Made by a program: the position numbers and the translations under genes. 64,000 nt of DNA, from positions 64,001 to 128,000 of the IMG/VR virus record IMGVR_UViG_3300016665_000824, one strand, 5' to 3'. Of the stretch, positions 55,659 to 64,000 are shown in pieces. The notes below the pieces were generated by a model. The model did no database searches and had not been told where the DNA came from. It worked only from the letters and a program-made list of their open reading frames with translations. Source of the stretch: a virus. The first letter of the stretch is position 1. The number at the start of each line of letters is the position of its first letter.

Positions 55659-56389
55659 AGCTTCTTGTTCAGTTTTCCAGCTTGGGCATTGGGGCTGGAC
55701 TCGATTAGGTCTAGCCTTATTCTTTGAAGCTCGTCAAGATTGCTTCTTACTACTTCTGGAGCGGTTTCAACCAGTTCAACTCTTCCCTCGCGAGCCGCCT
55801 CAATAGCTAAAAGATTTGCGTTTGCGAGAATCATCTCCTTGGCATCTCTAGCGCGAGAAGCAGCTTGCTGGCGAGCTAGCCAAGCGTCTCGTTTTCTGTT
55901 TAGATCGCAGTCAATCCCTTTCTCGGATCGAAGGCAGTCTTTATCGTTTTTATCCTTGACCGCTTTGTTTGCGGCTTGGAGATAATCATTCGCTAGAATT
56001 TTTATTGCAGCGTCCGTGTCTTTGTCTAAGGCTGCTTTAGCACCAGCTTTCGCCTCGCTAAAACTAATCTTTTTGCCTTCTAAAGATTTTTGGAGCAACT
56101 CCTCGGATCTTTGGTCAAAGGATTTAGGAACGAAAGGATCTATTCTTTCTGCGGGTTTGGGTTGGCTGTTGACCACTGCCGCGATCGCAATAACAGTAGA
56201 GACAACGCCTAGCCCGATATATATTAAGTTTTTTGGAGTAGCCCAAGCGAGGTTCGACTGAGCGGGTGCTGTAGCTGCGGGTGTCGTGGGAGCAAGTCGG
56301 CTGGGCTGTCTTTCTGTGATTCGAGGGGTAGCGATTGGAGTATCCGCTACTTCCTCAAACTCATCTTGCATTGCGGCAGTGTCAAGCAT
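55655..56389 (-). CDS. membrane protein with coiled-coil region
   Basis: 244 aa; hydrophobic segment LIYIGLGVVSTVIAIAAVV then Ala/Lys/Asp-rich helical region. Confidence 0.4.
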   Translation of the reverse strand: MLDTAAMQDEFEEVADTPIATPRITERQPSRLAPTTPAATAPAQSNLAWATPKNLIYIGLGVVSTVIAIAAVVNSQPKPAERIDPFVPKSFDQRSEELLQKSLEGKKISFSEAKAGAKAALDKDTDAAIKILANDYLQAANKAVKDKNDKDCLRSEKGIDCDLNRKRDAWLARQQAASRARDAKEMILANANLLAIEAAREGRVELVETAPEVVRSNLDELQRIRLDLIESSPNAQAGKLNKKL

Positions 56390-56391
56390 AT

Positions 56392-56754
56392 CTACCTCCC
56401 CGCCGAAGGAAGAAATTGACTGATTGGGCGGTTCGTAGGAAGAAAAGGATTGTCTTCCGAGTTGTTCACGCCAGTAAAAAAATCACCGAGAACTTCTCCG
56501 CTATAGGCGATCGCGTCAGGGAGTTTTTGAATTACGTTGAGCGCAATCTGTTCTCCAACCGCAAAGGCGATCGTTCCTGCGATTTCATTGCCGACTTGAG
56601 TTCCGACTGTGCCAACCTGAGTGCGAACCTGCATTTGTACCTGTTCTGGGGTTAGAAGGGCGGACTGGGGAGCAGTAGCCCTAACATCTTCTACAGGAGT
56701 TACATCTAGCAAGGCTTGCTCTTCTTCGGTTAAATGAGCGTTATCTTTGGACAT
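56392..56754 (-). CDS. hypothetical protein
   Basis: 120 aa ORF. Confidence 0.35.
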   Translation of the reverse strand: MSKDNAHLTEEEQALLDVTPVEDVRATAPQSALLTPEQVQMQVRTQVGTVGTQVGNEIAGTIAFAVGEQIALNVIQKLPDAIAYSGEVLGDFFTGVNNSEDNPFLPTNRPISQFLPSAGR

Positions 56755-57016
56755 CTTCGTATGTACTCTCTAAAAAATCTGAACATTTTTGGTAATTAGA
56801 CAGGGCAGCTTTTTTTGTAAAACCTCTTGCTTTGAGGCTGGTCTCTTTTCCGATTGCGGCTATCTGTCTTGCAGTTTTAAGACCGCAAGGAGATTTGATT
56901 CTTACTCCTCTCTTCTTTAAAAGGCGGTATCCCCAATCCTTAAAAGTCCCAAAAGGTATGCCAATCTGCTCTGCCCACTCGTGAAGGTGGCGTTCTACTT
57001 GGCTTGTTTGCGTCAT
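56741..57016 (-). CDS. hypothetical protein
   Basis: 91 aa ORF. Confidence 0.35.
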   Translation of the reverse strand: MTQTSQVERHLHEWAEQIGIPFGTFKDWGYRLLKKRGVRIKSPCGLKTARQIAAIGKETSLKARGFTKKAALSNYQKCSDFLESTYEDVQR

Positions 57017-57204
57017 AGGTCTTCAAAGTTTTCTGGAACAAGGTCGAACGAATCAAAGTTTGCGAGCTGAGATTCTACCTGTTCTAGTTCCAAGCTAAGA
57101 TTCTGGGCATCTTCTCCTTGACTCTGTAACTCAGAGATAGACCTCTTAAGTTGATACTTTCTATTAAATAATGATCTAATCAACTCGTCTTGGGCGTTTT
57201 GCAT
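57013..57204 (-). CDS. hypothetical small coiled-coil protein
   Basis: 63 aa ORF, first gene of minus-strand operon. Confidence 0.3.
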   Translation of the reverse strand: MQNAQDELIRSLFNRKYQLKRSISELQSQGEDAQNLSLELEQVESQLANFDSFDLVPENFEDL

Positions 57205-57384
57205 AAGCTTTATGGATAAATATTCGTCTGATTAGACTGTCCGATCACCTGTCCAATGGACATCTGATTAGACTGTCCGATCAGAATAAAATTAGTGTAC
57301 TTAAGTTATTCGCACTTGTCAACAAAATAGTAGAAACTCGTTTTGAATGCGCTAATATTGGGCAATTCAACCTATTAAGACCTT

Positions 57385-57648
57385 ATGAGCGTCACTCAGA
57401 CTGCGCGTTTCCCCGATGATTTACATGCTGCATTGAAAGAACACTGCGATCGCACAGGAAATAGCGCCAACGCAGAAATAATCCTCGCAGTGCGAAAACA
57501 TCTGGGTATGCCAACAGTCGAAGATCGTCTCGATAGTCTTGAAGAGGGATTGAGAAAATGTATTGATAGGTTGAATAGGCTAGAGGCTAGCGCGATCGCC
57601 ACTCAGCAATCTTCCGACACCGATATTCGGTCCAGTGCGGATGATTAG
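57385..57648 (+). CDS. ribbon-helix-helix (CopG/Arc-like) DNA-binding protein
   Basis: N-terminal RFPDDLHAALKEHCDRTG...AEIILAVRKHLG pattern typical of RHH proteins. Confidence 0.4.
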   Translation: MSVTQTARFPDDLHAALKEHCDRTGNSANAEIILAVRKHLGMPTVEDRLDSLEEGLRKCIDRLNRLEASAIATQQSSDTDIRSSADD

Positions 57649-57934
57649 TCGGCGTGTACCAATTTTCATATTTGTAAGTACCCTTTGACCTGTTGCAAGG
57701 CGTACAAGCTGGTACGGTATTTGCAAAGTCGTCGCTACCCGAATCATGGCGCGGAATGATATGGTCTAGTCCGTTTGCCTCGTTACCGCAGTAGGCACAT
57801 TTATAGTCAAACTCTTGGAACGTATAATCTCTAATCTTTTGCAAAACATCTTTTTTCCTAATGCAGTCAGATAGGGATATATAGAGCATATTCAATACCC
57901 ATGTTTTGACAATGCTGCCACAAAATTGAAACAA
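57587..57934 (-). CDS. HNH endonuclease
   Basis: CAYCG...DHIIP...N...CTPCNRSKG HNH motif. Confidence 0.65.
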   Translation of the reverse strand: MFQFCGSIVKTWVLNMLYISLSDCIRKKDVLQKIRDYTFQEFDYKCAYCGNEANGLDHIIPRHDSGSDDFANTVPACTPCNRSKGTYKYENWYTPTNHPHWTEYRCRKIAEWRSR

Positions 57935-58005
57935 GTGCGGCGATCGCTACAGATTTGGCGAACCAAATATCGCTATACTGACACAAGAAGATTTTTAAAA
58001 ACTAA

Positions 58006-58212
58006 ATGCTTAAGTACAAACAAGCTGAAGTGGCGATCGCTCCCAACGGTTCGTGCGAAATTCTTTGGGGAAATAACCACCCCACAATGGCTGGAATGAA
58101 GCAAGATGTACATCTGCCTGAAGAGATCAAGGGCCACCTTGTTGCAGTAAATCAGTACGTCAGTCAGTACATTGATATCGTGACGGAGCCAGCAGATGTC
58201 TTGGACTTATAG
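58006..58212 (+). CDS. hypothetical small protein
   Basis: 68 aa ORF. Confidence 0.3.
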   Translation: MLKYKQAEVAIAPNGSCEILWGNNHPTMAGMKQDVHLPEEIKGHLVAVNQYVSQYIDIVTEPADVLDL

Positions 58213-58441
58213 AGTCTGCCGTGATTTTGAACCTAATGGGGAAGAGTTCCTCAGTATTCGCGAATGCTGGGTTAGAGAGGGCGCTTCCCCTCCCTATAAA
58301 GACGAGGACTATACTTCTTGGTCTGCCGAGCCTATTTCTGTGGTCGGAGATAATCTTGAAGAGCTGGCATGGAAGCTAGAGAAGATGGCGATCGCTCTGA
58401 AGAAAAACATTCTTGATATACCACGCGATCGCCCTGAGTAA
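58196..58441 (+). CDS. hypothetical small protein
   Basis: 81 aa ORF. Confidence 0.3.
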   Translation: MSWTYRVCRDFEPNGEEFLSIRECWVREGASPPYKDEDYTSWSAEPISVVGDNLEELAWKLEKMAIALKKNILDIPRDRPE

Positions 58442-58545
58442 ATGCACAAGAAATCCCGAAATCGTGTGCATGTTTATTCAATATACACAAGCAACCCGCC
58501 AAGCCTCTCTACGATGCTGAAACTGGCGGGTTGCTTGTGTTGTGA

Positions 58546-58929
58546 TTATACCTGAGTGGCGAAGTATTTAGAGGCGATCGCGATAAGCCTTAATTGTTCG
58601 CTGGGATAAATCCCTGAAGGTCCAACTGCCTCATATAGTCTCTTTAGCACCTCAGCTTTGCCGTACTCGGAAATCAGTAAAGCCCATCCAAGTACATGTA
58701 GCTGGAACAAAAGCTCTTTCTGGAGCCGTTCCTTATGAGCTGTACTCTTACCCTTAAACGTCGGATGTCGAACCTCTCGTACTCGCAGCTTGTTTTTCGG
58801 GAAGGAAATGTAGAGACTTGAGGTTAGGTATTCATCTATCAGAACGAGAAGTTCTTGGCGATCTTTTTGTAAGAGTTCTGCTTGCATAGACATACTCAAA
58901 AACCTTTGTATTTCTGCCAAGAAGTCCAA
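58546..58929 (-). CDS. hypothetical protein (last gene of 8-gene operon)
   Basis: 127 aa ORF. Confidence 0.4.
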   Translation of the reverse strand: MDFLAEIQRFLSMSMQAELLQKDRQELLVLIDEYLTSSLYISFPKNKLRVREVRHPTFKGKSTAHKERLQKELLFQLHVLGWALLISEYGKAEVLKRLYEAVGPSGIYPSEQLRLIAIASKYFATQV

Positions 58930-59486
58930 AGGTTTTTTACTTCAATACCCTTTTTCTTGGCATATTTCACACAGTTAGCCGTACCACCTCTCGACCCGTC
59001 CCATAGTGCGAGCATTCTGTTAGCCCGATCGCACATCCACTCATTCCTAATCTGCATCGCCGCAGCCGAGTATGGCACATCAGGGCAATGCACGGCGATC
59101 GCCTTGTCGCAGATATACTGCCATTGGTCTTGCTGCGACTGACTCCACTTAAATGAGTGGTTTAAGCAAGGTACTGCGGCGACGAGAGGTATTTCTAATT
59201 CGATCGCTGCTAATGCGATCGCGGTGTCCCATCCCAAAGCCATGCCAGAAATAACAATTACAGGTCTTTCTTGCATCAAGGCATTCTTAGCAAGGGTAGT
59301 AAGTCTGGGCAGGGTTAAGGATTCGTATTGACTCCACGTACTTTGCAGCTTCTGGGGGCGATGTCCTGTGCCAGCAACGACTAATTGCCCGTCGGTAAGA
59401 TCGAGTTTAATGTCGGAGGAGTCTGATTCGCTACCTATAGGAATATTAACTTGGAGCCAGTGATCGGTGATTGATATTGTTTTCAT
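58896..59486 (-). CDS. SLOG-fold protein, DUF1273/YpsA-like
   Basis: VVAGTGHRPQKL near N-terminus resembles the YpsA ITGYKP motif; Rossmann-like alternation. Confidence 0.4.
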   Translation of the reverse strand: MKTISITDHWLQVNIPIGSESDSSDIKLDLTDGQLVVAGTGHRPQKLQSTWSQYESLTLPRLTTLAKNALMQERPVIVISGMALGWDTAIALAAIELEIPLVAAVPCLNHSFKWSQSQQDQWQYICDKAIAVHCPDVPYSAAAMQIRNEWMCDRANRMLALWDGSRGGTANCVKYAKKKGIEVKNLWTSWQKYKGF

Positions 59487-59761
59487 TCTAAAATCCCTGC
59501 GCTTACTAGGTCTGGTTTTAGATCTCTGACGGCTTCGCTCATGGTTTTTACGATTTTATTTCGTTTCACCAAGAGGGATCTAATCTCGCCTGCTTTGGTT
59601 GTTGAGTCGTATAGAGCGAACCTCCCCCCTTGCAAGAGTTCGTCAGCGATCGCTTCAAATTCTGCGGACAAAACCCTGAAGTCCTCAGCTAAAAGCTTTG
59701 CCTCGGCAACAGCTTCTAGAAACTCGTCAAGTCTCTCAAGCCTCCAGTCTTTTTGTGTCAT
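59483..59761 (-). CDS. hypothetical protein
   Basis: 92 aa ORF, 4-nt overlaps both sides. Confidence 0.4.
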   Translation of the reverse strand: MTQKDWRLERLDEFLEAVAEAKLLAEDFRVLSAEFEAIADELLQGGRFALYDSTTKAGEIRSLLVKRNKIVKTMSEAVRDLKPDLVSAGILE

Positions 59762-60132
59762 TGCTTCTTAAAACCTTCAAAAGGGATATAAGGCTCTTGC
59801 TCCATCCACTGCTTAAGGCGATCGCGGGCAAAAGCTTCTCGATATTGCGGTGGAACAAGACTAACTTCCTGTGCTGCTGCTTCGTACTTGTCTAACTCGG
59901 CGATCGCATCATCAGCCGACATTCTCCCAAACAGTACTTCCTGATTAAGTAACGCATACTGAAGTTCGTACATTAATTCAGGATCTGTGGGCGTATATTC
60001 GGGAACAAGCTTGGACAGGTCTTCAATCGCACTGCACCAGTGTTGGTCGCTGGAGCAAGGTGCATCATCGGCTTTGACTCGTGACCATAACAAGTTGACA
60101 AGGATTAATTCGAGTTGTTTAGGATCTGCCAT
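59758..60132 (-). CDS. hypothetical protein
   Basis: 124 aa ORF. Confidence 0.4.
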   Translation of the reverse strand: MADPKQLELILVNLLWSRVKADDAPCSSDQHWCSAIEDLSKLVPEYTPTDPELMYELQYALLNQEVLFGRMSADDAIAELDKYEAAAQEVSLVPPQYREAFARDRLKQWMEQEPYIPFEGFKKQ

Positions 60133-60598
60133 GTGGGTAATACGAAAAACTATTGGGGAATATAGAACCTATTAGCAAGGAAATACCTGTATCGACGTAG
60201 TTGCAAATAGCAAATACTTCTTTCTTATTTAGGTCTAAGAATGGCAAGTCTTCCTTGAGAAACGCCTCAATACGCTTGGTAAAGATTACGCAGTTATCGG
60301 GGCAAAAACGCTCAATATTGCCTGCGTCTACTGCTATATATCTTTTATGGTCGGCAAAGAAGAAGCTTTGGGCGTTATAAGCGCTACCAAAGTCAATAAC
60401 CGTCCAGTGCGTCGGGATTATCTTGGATAAGTAGTAGTAAGTATCGACAAACCCAAGAAAGCTTGGTTCGATATCGACGTATTCTTGGTTGAACACGCGA
60501 TCGCCCTGCTCTTTAGGCAGCAAAGCCAACAGTTTGGCATTGATCGATTCAGCTTCTTGCCAGCGAAGGGCATTGTCATTAGGTATTATCATCGTCAT
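60119..60598 (-). CDS. hypothetical protein (start at internal ATG 60598)
   Basis: VIDFGSAYN segment is loosely Rossmann-like; not assignable. Confidence 0.35.
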   Translation of the reverse strand: MTMIIPNDNALRWQEAESINAKLLALLPKEQGDRVFNQEYVDIEPSFLGFVDTYYYLSKIIPTHWTVIDFGSAYNAQSFFFADHKRYIAVDAGNIERFCPDNCVIFTKRIEAFLKEDLPFLDLNKKEVFAICNYVDTGISLLIGSIFPNSFSYYPHGRS

Positions 60599-60818
60599 AC
60601 TCCTCACGATCGCGTGCTTCTTGTTCTTGGTAGCCACCAAAAGTCAGCAACATCCCACGGATTACGGACAGATTAACTTCATTGGATGAATACTTTTTAG
60701 TCGGGAGGGATTCTTCTAAGTGATCAAGGGTGTCCCGAACCCTGTAAATTAGCCGCAGCCACTCAGGAATTTCTAGAATTATTGCTGACGCGATCGCGTA
60801 AAGGACTATTAGGTTCAT
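60579..60818 (-). CDS. hypothetical small protein
   Basis: 79 aa; start directly follows upstream stop. Confidence 0.3.
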   Translation of the reverse strand: MNLIVLYAIASAIILEIPEWLRLIYRVRDTLDHLEESLPTKKYSSNEVNLSVIRGMLLTFGGYQEQEARDREEYDDDNT

Positions 60819-61238
60819 TTACAGAAGCTCCTTAGAGAAGAAAGTTGTTTCTTTAGCCACGTCGATATCGACAGGATGAAGACCAACCGCCAACGACTCT
60901 AAAGCCTCACTCGCGTTACTAGGATCTACTACCCACGTTTTTGCGTCAACTTCGGGCACTTGAGACCAGTATCTTTGCAACCACTTTAACCAGCCGTTGC
61001 GAGAAAACGGTTTAGGCGGATCGATTGCCGCCAATTTTTCAACAGCTTCTTTTACAAGGATCGCATCCTCTTCTAGGCTTGCTGAGTCAATCCAGAAACC
61101 GCATTTTTTGCAGTAAACAATATAGTTGCCACTGCGCTTTGAGATCTGAATCCCCAAAGAAATGGTCTTGCGAGCAAATCCTTGACTAACTTTTCCGTAG
61201 TTAGGATCGATCGCTTTCCGTCTTTTAGCTTCACCCAT
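60819..61238 (-). CDS. hypothetical protein with CxxC pair
   Basis: 139 aa; YCKKCGF motif. Confidence 0.4.
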   Translation of the reverse strand: MGEAKRRKAIDPNYGKVSQGFARKTISLGIQISKRSGNYIVYCKKCGFWIDSASLEEDAILVKEAVEKLAAIDPPKPFSRNGWLKWLQRYWSQVPEVDAKTWVVDPSNASEALESLAVGLHPVDIDVAKETTFFSKELL

Positions 61239-61488
61239 TAAATTTCTCCCTTGATGTTAATTCGTATAGTCCCATCTCTTCAGTTATCCTAACCAACTCA
61301 CTCAAAGCGTCCATCCTCGCAACCTTCTCCTTGGCTCGCTCAACTTCTTCAAGCATTTCACCATAGGCGAATGGTTCGTATTGCTCAATCGCCTTTGCGA
61401 GGCGATCGCGATCTAATTCATCCAAGGCAGACTTAAATTTGAGATAGGCGATCGCCTCGTTTAGATTGCTTGGTAGTTGGGTTCTCAT
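61231..61488 (-). CDS. hypothetical small helical protein (first gene of operon)
   Basis: 85 aa ORF. Confidence 0.4.
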   Translation of the reverse strand: MRTQLPSNLNEAIAYLKFKSALDELDRDRLAKAIEQYEPFAYGEMLEEVERAKEKVARMDALSELVRITEEMGLYELTSREKFNG

Positions 61489-61591
61489 TGCGATACCACT
61501 TATTTATTATTAAAAAATACATAGAAGAAATGCGGCAATTCATATTAAATGAATTACGCTCAACTCCTGAAAAGTGCAAGATATTTCGTAG

Positions 61592-62683
61592 TTAATTATG
61601 TGTTAAGGGGGTTATCTTGGAGGTTTTAGCACCCTCCTCAGAAAGCCTTGCTAGGTAAGCAGACACCCGCCGTCGCAAACTTTTTTTCGACAGTAAATCA
61701 TACTCTTTTTCAAAGATACAGCAAAGTGATTTGTAAAACAAGTTTTTATACTTGAAATAATGAGTATTCACCCTTTCTGCATCAGCAAAATGTCGAGACA
61801 GATAATAGGAATAGTTTACTTCCGCATTGGAGTCTGTTTGACAAATATGTACTCGTCTCAATCTACTGAGAGACCTGCGATCGCGTACTTCTTCGTCAAT
61901 GGCTCGAATCGCATCAAGGATCTCAAGGTCATCGCTAAATGGTTCGGCGGCTTGATGGATCTCTTTTAAGTAGGAGTCCCATCGCCGAGTTAGCGATCGC
62001 TCCTTGAGATGATTTGATATGGTTCGAGCTGTGACTCCCAATGACTTAGCTATTTCTAGCTGAGAAGCGCCATAAGGTACGAAGTTCTCGTTAGTATAAA
62101 TCCTGTCCTTAGATACTGCCTCAACACCCTCAATCCCCATAGAACATAATTCAGAGGCTTGGAGTTTTAGCAAGTCCTTTGCAGGTACTAACCTGAGTTT
62201 TTTCTTTACTTTGCGCTGCTTGTTTTTTTCTTTTTCTGCCAGTCCAGCAGCAAATTTAGAACGAGCTTGTTTTGCAAGTAATTCGGCGCGAGTACAGTGA
62301 TACTTAACTTGAGTGATCTGAATCGGACTTAGTTCGACTATCGACCCAAGTTTGGCAACATCATGTTGTTTGCAGACCTTGCCAATACTTGTGTATCGCA
62401 CCCATGCTCGACCTTCTGGTAGCCACCGATAATCGATAAGCAATCCAGCTTTGTGAGACTCCCTAATCCATTTTTTGAGTGTGTCGGGTTTTACGCCGCA
62501 ATCACTCGCCAAATGACTGATATTGAATTTAACCCAGCCTTTCCCGCGATCGCTTCTAGATGAAAACTGATCTAGCCCACGCACGACATGCCAAATATTT
62601 ACTGCGCCGATCGCATGATTTTTGATCACGGCGTAGAGAATATTTGTGTAAGTTGTGGCAATTATGGGGTAATATAGTTTCAT
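61592..62683 (-). CDS. HTH domain protein (sigma-70 region-4-like / putative regulator)
   Basis: LEIAKSLGVTARTISNHLK helix-turn-helix; 363 aa. Confidence 0.45.
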   Translation of the reverse strand: MKLYYPIIATTYTNILYAVIKNHAIGAVNIWHVVRGLDQFSSRSDRGKGWVKFNISHLASDCGVKPDTLKKWIRESHKAGLLIDYRWLPEGRAWVRYTSIGKVCKQHDVAKLGSIVELSPIQITQVKYHCTRAELLAKQARSKFAAGLAEKEKNKQRKVKKKLRLVPAKDLLKLQASELCSMGIEGVEAVSKDRIYTNENFVPYGASQLEIAKSLGVTARTISNHLKERSLTRRWDSYLKEIHQAAEPFSDDLEILDAIRAIDEEVRDRRSLSRLRRVHICQTDSNAEVNYSYYLSRHFADAERVNTHYFKYKNLFYKSLCCIFEKEYDLLSKKSLRRRVSAYLARLSEEGAKTSKITPLTHN

Positions 62684-62822
62684 CTGAGCGCTACTATCGC
62701 TTGGGTCTGCATCTCATCAGGTTGATTAAGGAATTGAGCCTCCTTAGCCAACTGGCAGTAAAAACAATATAACACAAAACCCCCGCAAACAACTTATTCT
62801 TGTGGGGGTTTTGTTGTAAAAT

Positions 62823-63533
62823 ATGTTTATGCGATCGCGTATCTCACTACCGATCGCTGACCATCCAACCATACTGGACAGTAAAAATATTATGTCATAC
62901 ATAGACAGCCTGAAAGTAACTGCGAAGAAACATGCAATAATACAGGATATTATTTCTAGGTGCTGGAATTACTGTGTTCAACCACCCAAGAGACTCAATT
63001 CTGAGATACTTAACCATCCTGACATCATCAGCCTTATTGACCATAGCTGGGATAGCAGTATTGTTGGGCTAAACGAGTACCAAAAGCTTGTATTTTCCCT
63101 TGTCAGTGAAGGGGTAAGCGTTAGAAGCGAGTACCCTCTTTGTTTTCACGACATCTTTGTTAGGTTTCTATCGGAGATGTGCCCACTAAGCCAAAGGATT
63201 TCGATAGAGGAGAACTCTATCGACGAGATACACTTAAAATTTCCAGCCAAAAGAGGGATTTATTTTTGCTTGCGTACGGTTATTGGCTTTCGCCTTGACG
63301 GTTTTAAAAACGAAGTTTGGTATGTCGGGAAGTCGGGAAATTTTAGAGAGAGGTGGAAAAGTCACCACAAGTTTGAGGCTTTAAAGGCTATCAAGAACGT
63401 TGCAGTGTGTTGGCTGCCCCTCGAAGATTACTCTGATGAGCAGCTAAGCTACGCAGAAGAAGTATATATTTACATGCTTCAACCCGTATTTAATGGCACT
63501 TCCAAGCCTGAAAGGTGTCTAGTGGTTAACTAA
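62823..63533 (+). CDS. GIY-YIG nuclease domain protein
   Basis: C-terminal RGIYFC...VWYVGKSGNFRERWKSH...E pattern. Confidence 0.4.
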   Translation: MFMRSRISLPIADHPTILDSKNIMSYIDSLKVTAKKHAIIQDIISRCWNYCVQPPKRLNSEILNHPDIISLIDHSWDSSIVGLNEYQKLVFSLVSEGVSVRSEYPLCFHDIFVRFLSEMCPLSQRISIEENSIDEIHLKFPAKRGIYFCLRTVIGFRLDGFKNEVWYVGKSGNFRERWKSHHKFEALKAIKNVAVCWLPLEDYSDEQLSYAEEVYIYMLQPVFNGTSKPERCLVVN

Positions 63534-63548
63534 CAAACAGTCTAATAG

Positions 63549-63590
63549 CCAGACAAAAAAAGATCCGAAACTGGATCTTTTTTTGTCTGG
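63549..63590. terminator. bidirectional intrinsic terminator
   Basis: 18-bp perfect stem CCAGACAAAAAAAGATCC/GGATCTTTTTTTGTCTGG with 6-nt loop between convergent genes. Confidence 0.6.
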
Positions 63591-63638
63591 CTTGGTTTTC
63601 AACAAAAAAGCACCCCGCCTAAACGAGATGCTTTTCAC

Positions 63639-63908
63639 TTACCTTGGCAGATCCCTCACGATCGCCCTAACAATCCCCTCGAACTCTCGTTCTATAAGCA
63701 TGAAAGACTCCTGCCTCGACTCCGCTCGCCTAGCCATAACGGCATCAAATATCTCCGCGTCGCGTTGCTTCAATACTAATGCTGGCTCAGTATTCGGCGA
63801 GAAGCCCCTAACGTAATACGGGAAATAATCAACCCTCCAGTACCGCACTAAGCCATCGTCGGGATTGAGGAAATCTACAGGCGCGATCACCGTGTAAATA
63901 AAGTCCAA
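63639..63908 (-). CDS. hypothetical protein
   Basis: 89 aa ORF. Confidence 0.3.
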   Translation of the reverse strand: MDFIYTVIAPVDFLNPDDGLVRYWRVDYFPYYVRGFSPNTEPALVLKQRDAEIFDAVMARRAESRQESFMLIEREFEGIVRAIVRDLPR

Positions 63909-64000
63909 ATTAATCCCGTCTAGCTCGACCTCCTCCTCGCATTGAGGGCAGATCCATCCCCGTTGAATGGTTGCATTGTCAGGTATTGAGGTGACTGGGG

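Noticed and set aside
57385-57934. RHH protein plus HNH nuclease as a toxin-antitoxin pair
   Set aside because: The genes are convergent on opposite strands with overlapping 3-prime ends, not co-transcribed as expected for a TA operon.
1-64000. CRISPR array suggested by the many repeated GCGATCGC sites
   Set aside because: The repeats are 8-bp HIP1 palindromes scattered irregularly through coding sequence; there is no array of 25-40 bp direct repeats with regular spacers.

Overview
Cyanobacterial-type DNA (the HIP1 octamer GCGATCGC recurs every few hundred bp) carrying what reads as a tailed-phage, prophage or phage-plasmid segment rather than ordinary chromosome. Blocks: (i) 0.6-16.2 kb virion morphogenesis genes, mostly minus strand (Mu G-like, Mu F-like, a 551-aa major virion protein behind a terminator and a perfect 16-bp inverted repeat, Ser/Thr-rich tail-fibre-like proteins); (ii) 17.6-20.7 kb plus-strand block with a Dam-type N6-adenine methyltransferase and small ORFans; (iii) 20.9-22.6 kb DnaG-type primase; (iv) 24-45 kb plus-strand block: XRE HTH regulator, GIY-YIG nuclease, DnaB helicase with an upstream coupled gene, many small ORFans bounded by repeated junction sequences, HAD phosphatase, C5-cytosine methyltransferase, dCTP deaminase, ThyX, RusA, MazG, SSB; (v) 45.4-48.5 kb terminase operon (minus) behind a 0.65-kb structured non-coding region; (vi) 49.1-57.2 kb minus-strand module with ParB-like nuclease, DnaN sliding clamp, M23/transglycosylase peptidoglycan hydrolase and an FtsK-like membrane ATPase; (vii) 57.4-63.9 kb HNH and GIY-YIG nucleases plus an 8-gene tightly overlapping operon (including a SLOG/DUF1273-like protein) downstream of an HTH protein. 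No rRNA, tRNA, CRISPR array or integrase could be supported. All product calls rest on motif recognition by eye in the supplied translations and need HMM confirmation; no database search was run.
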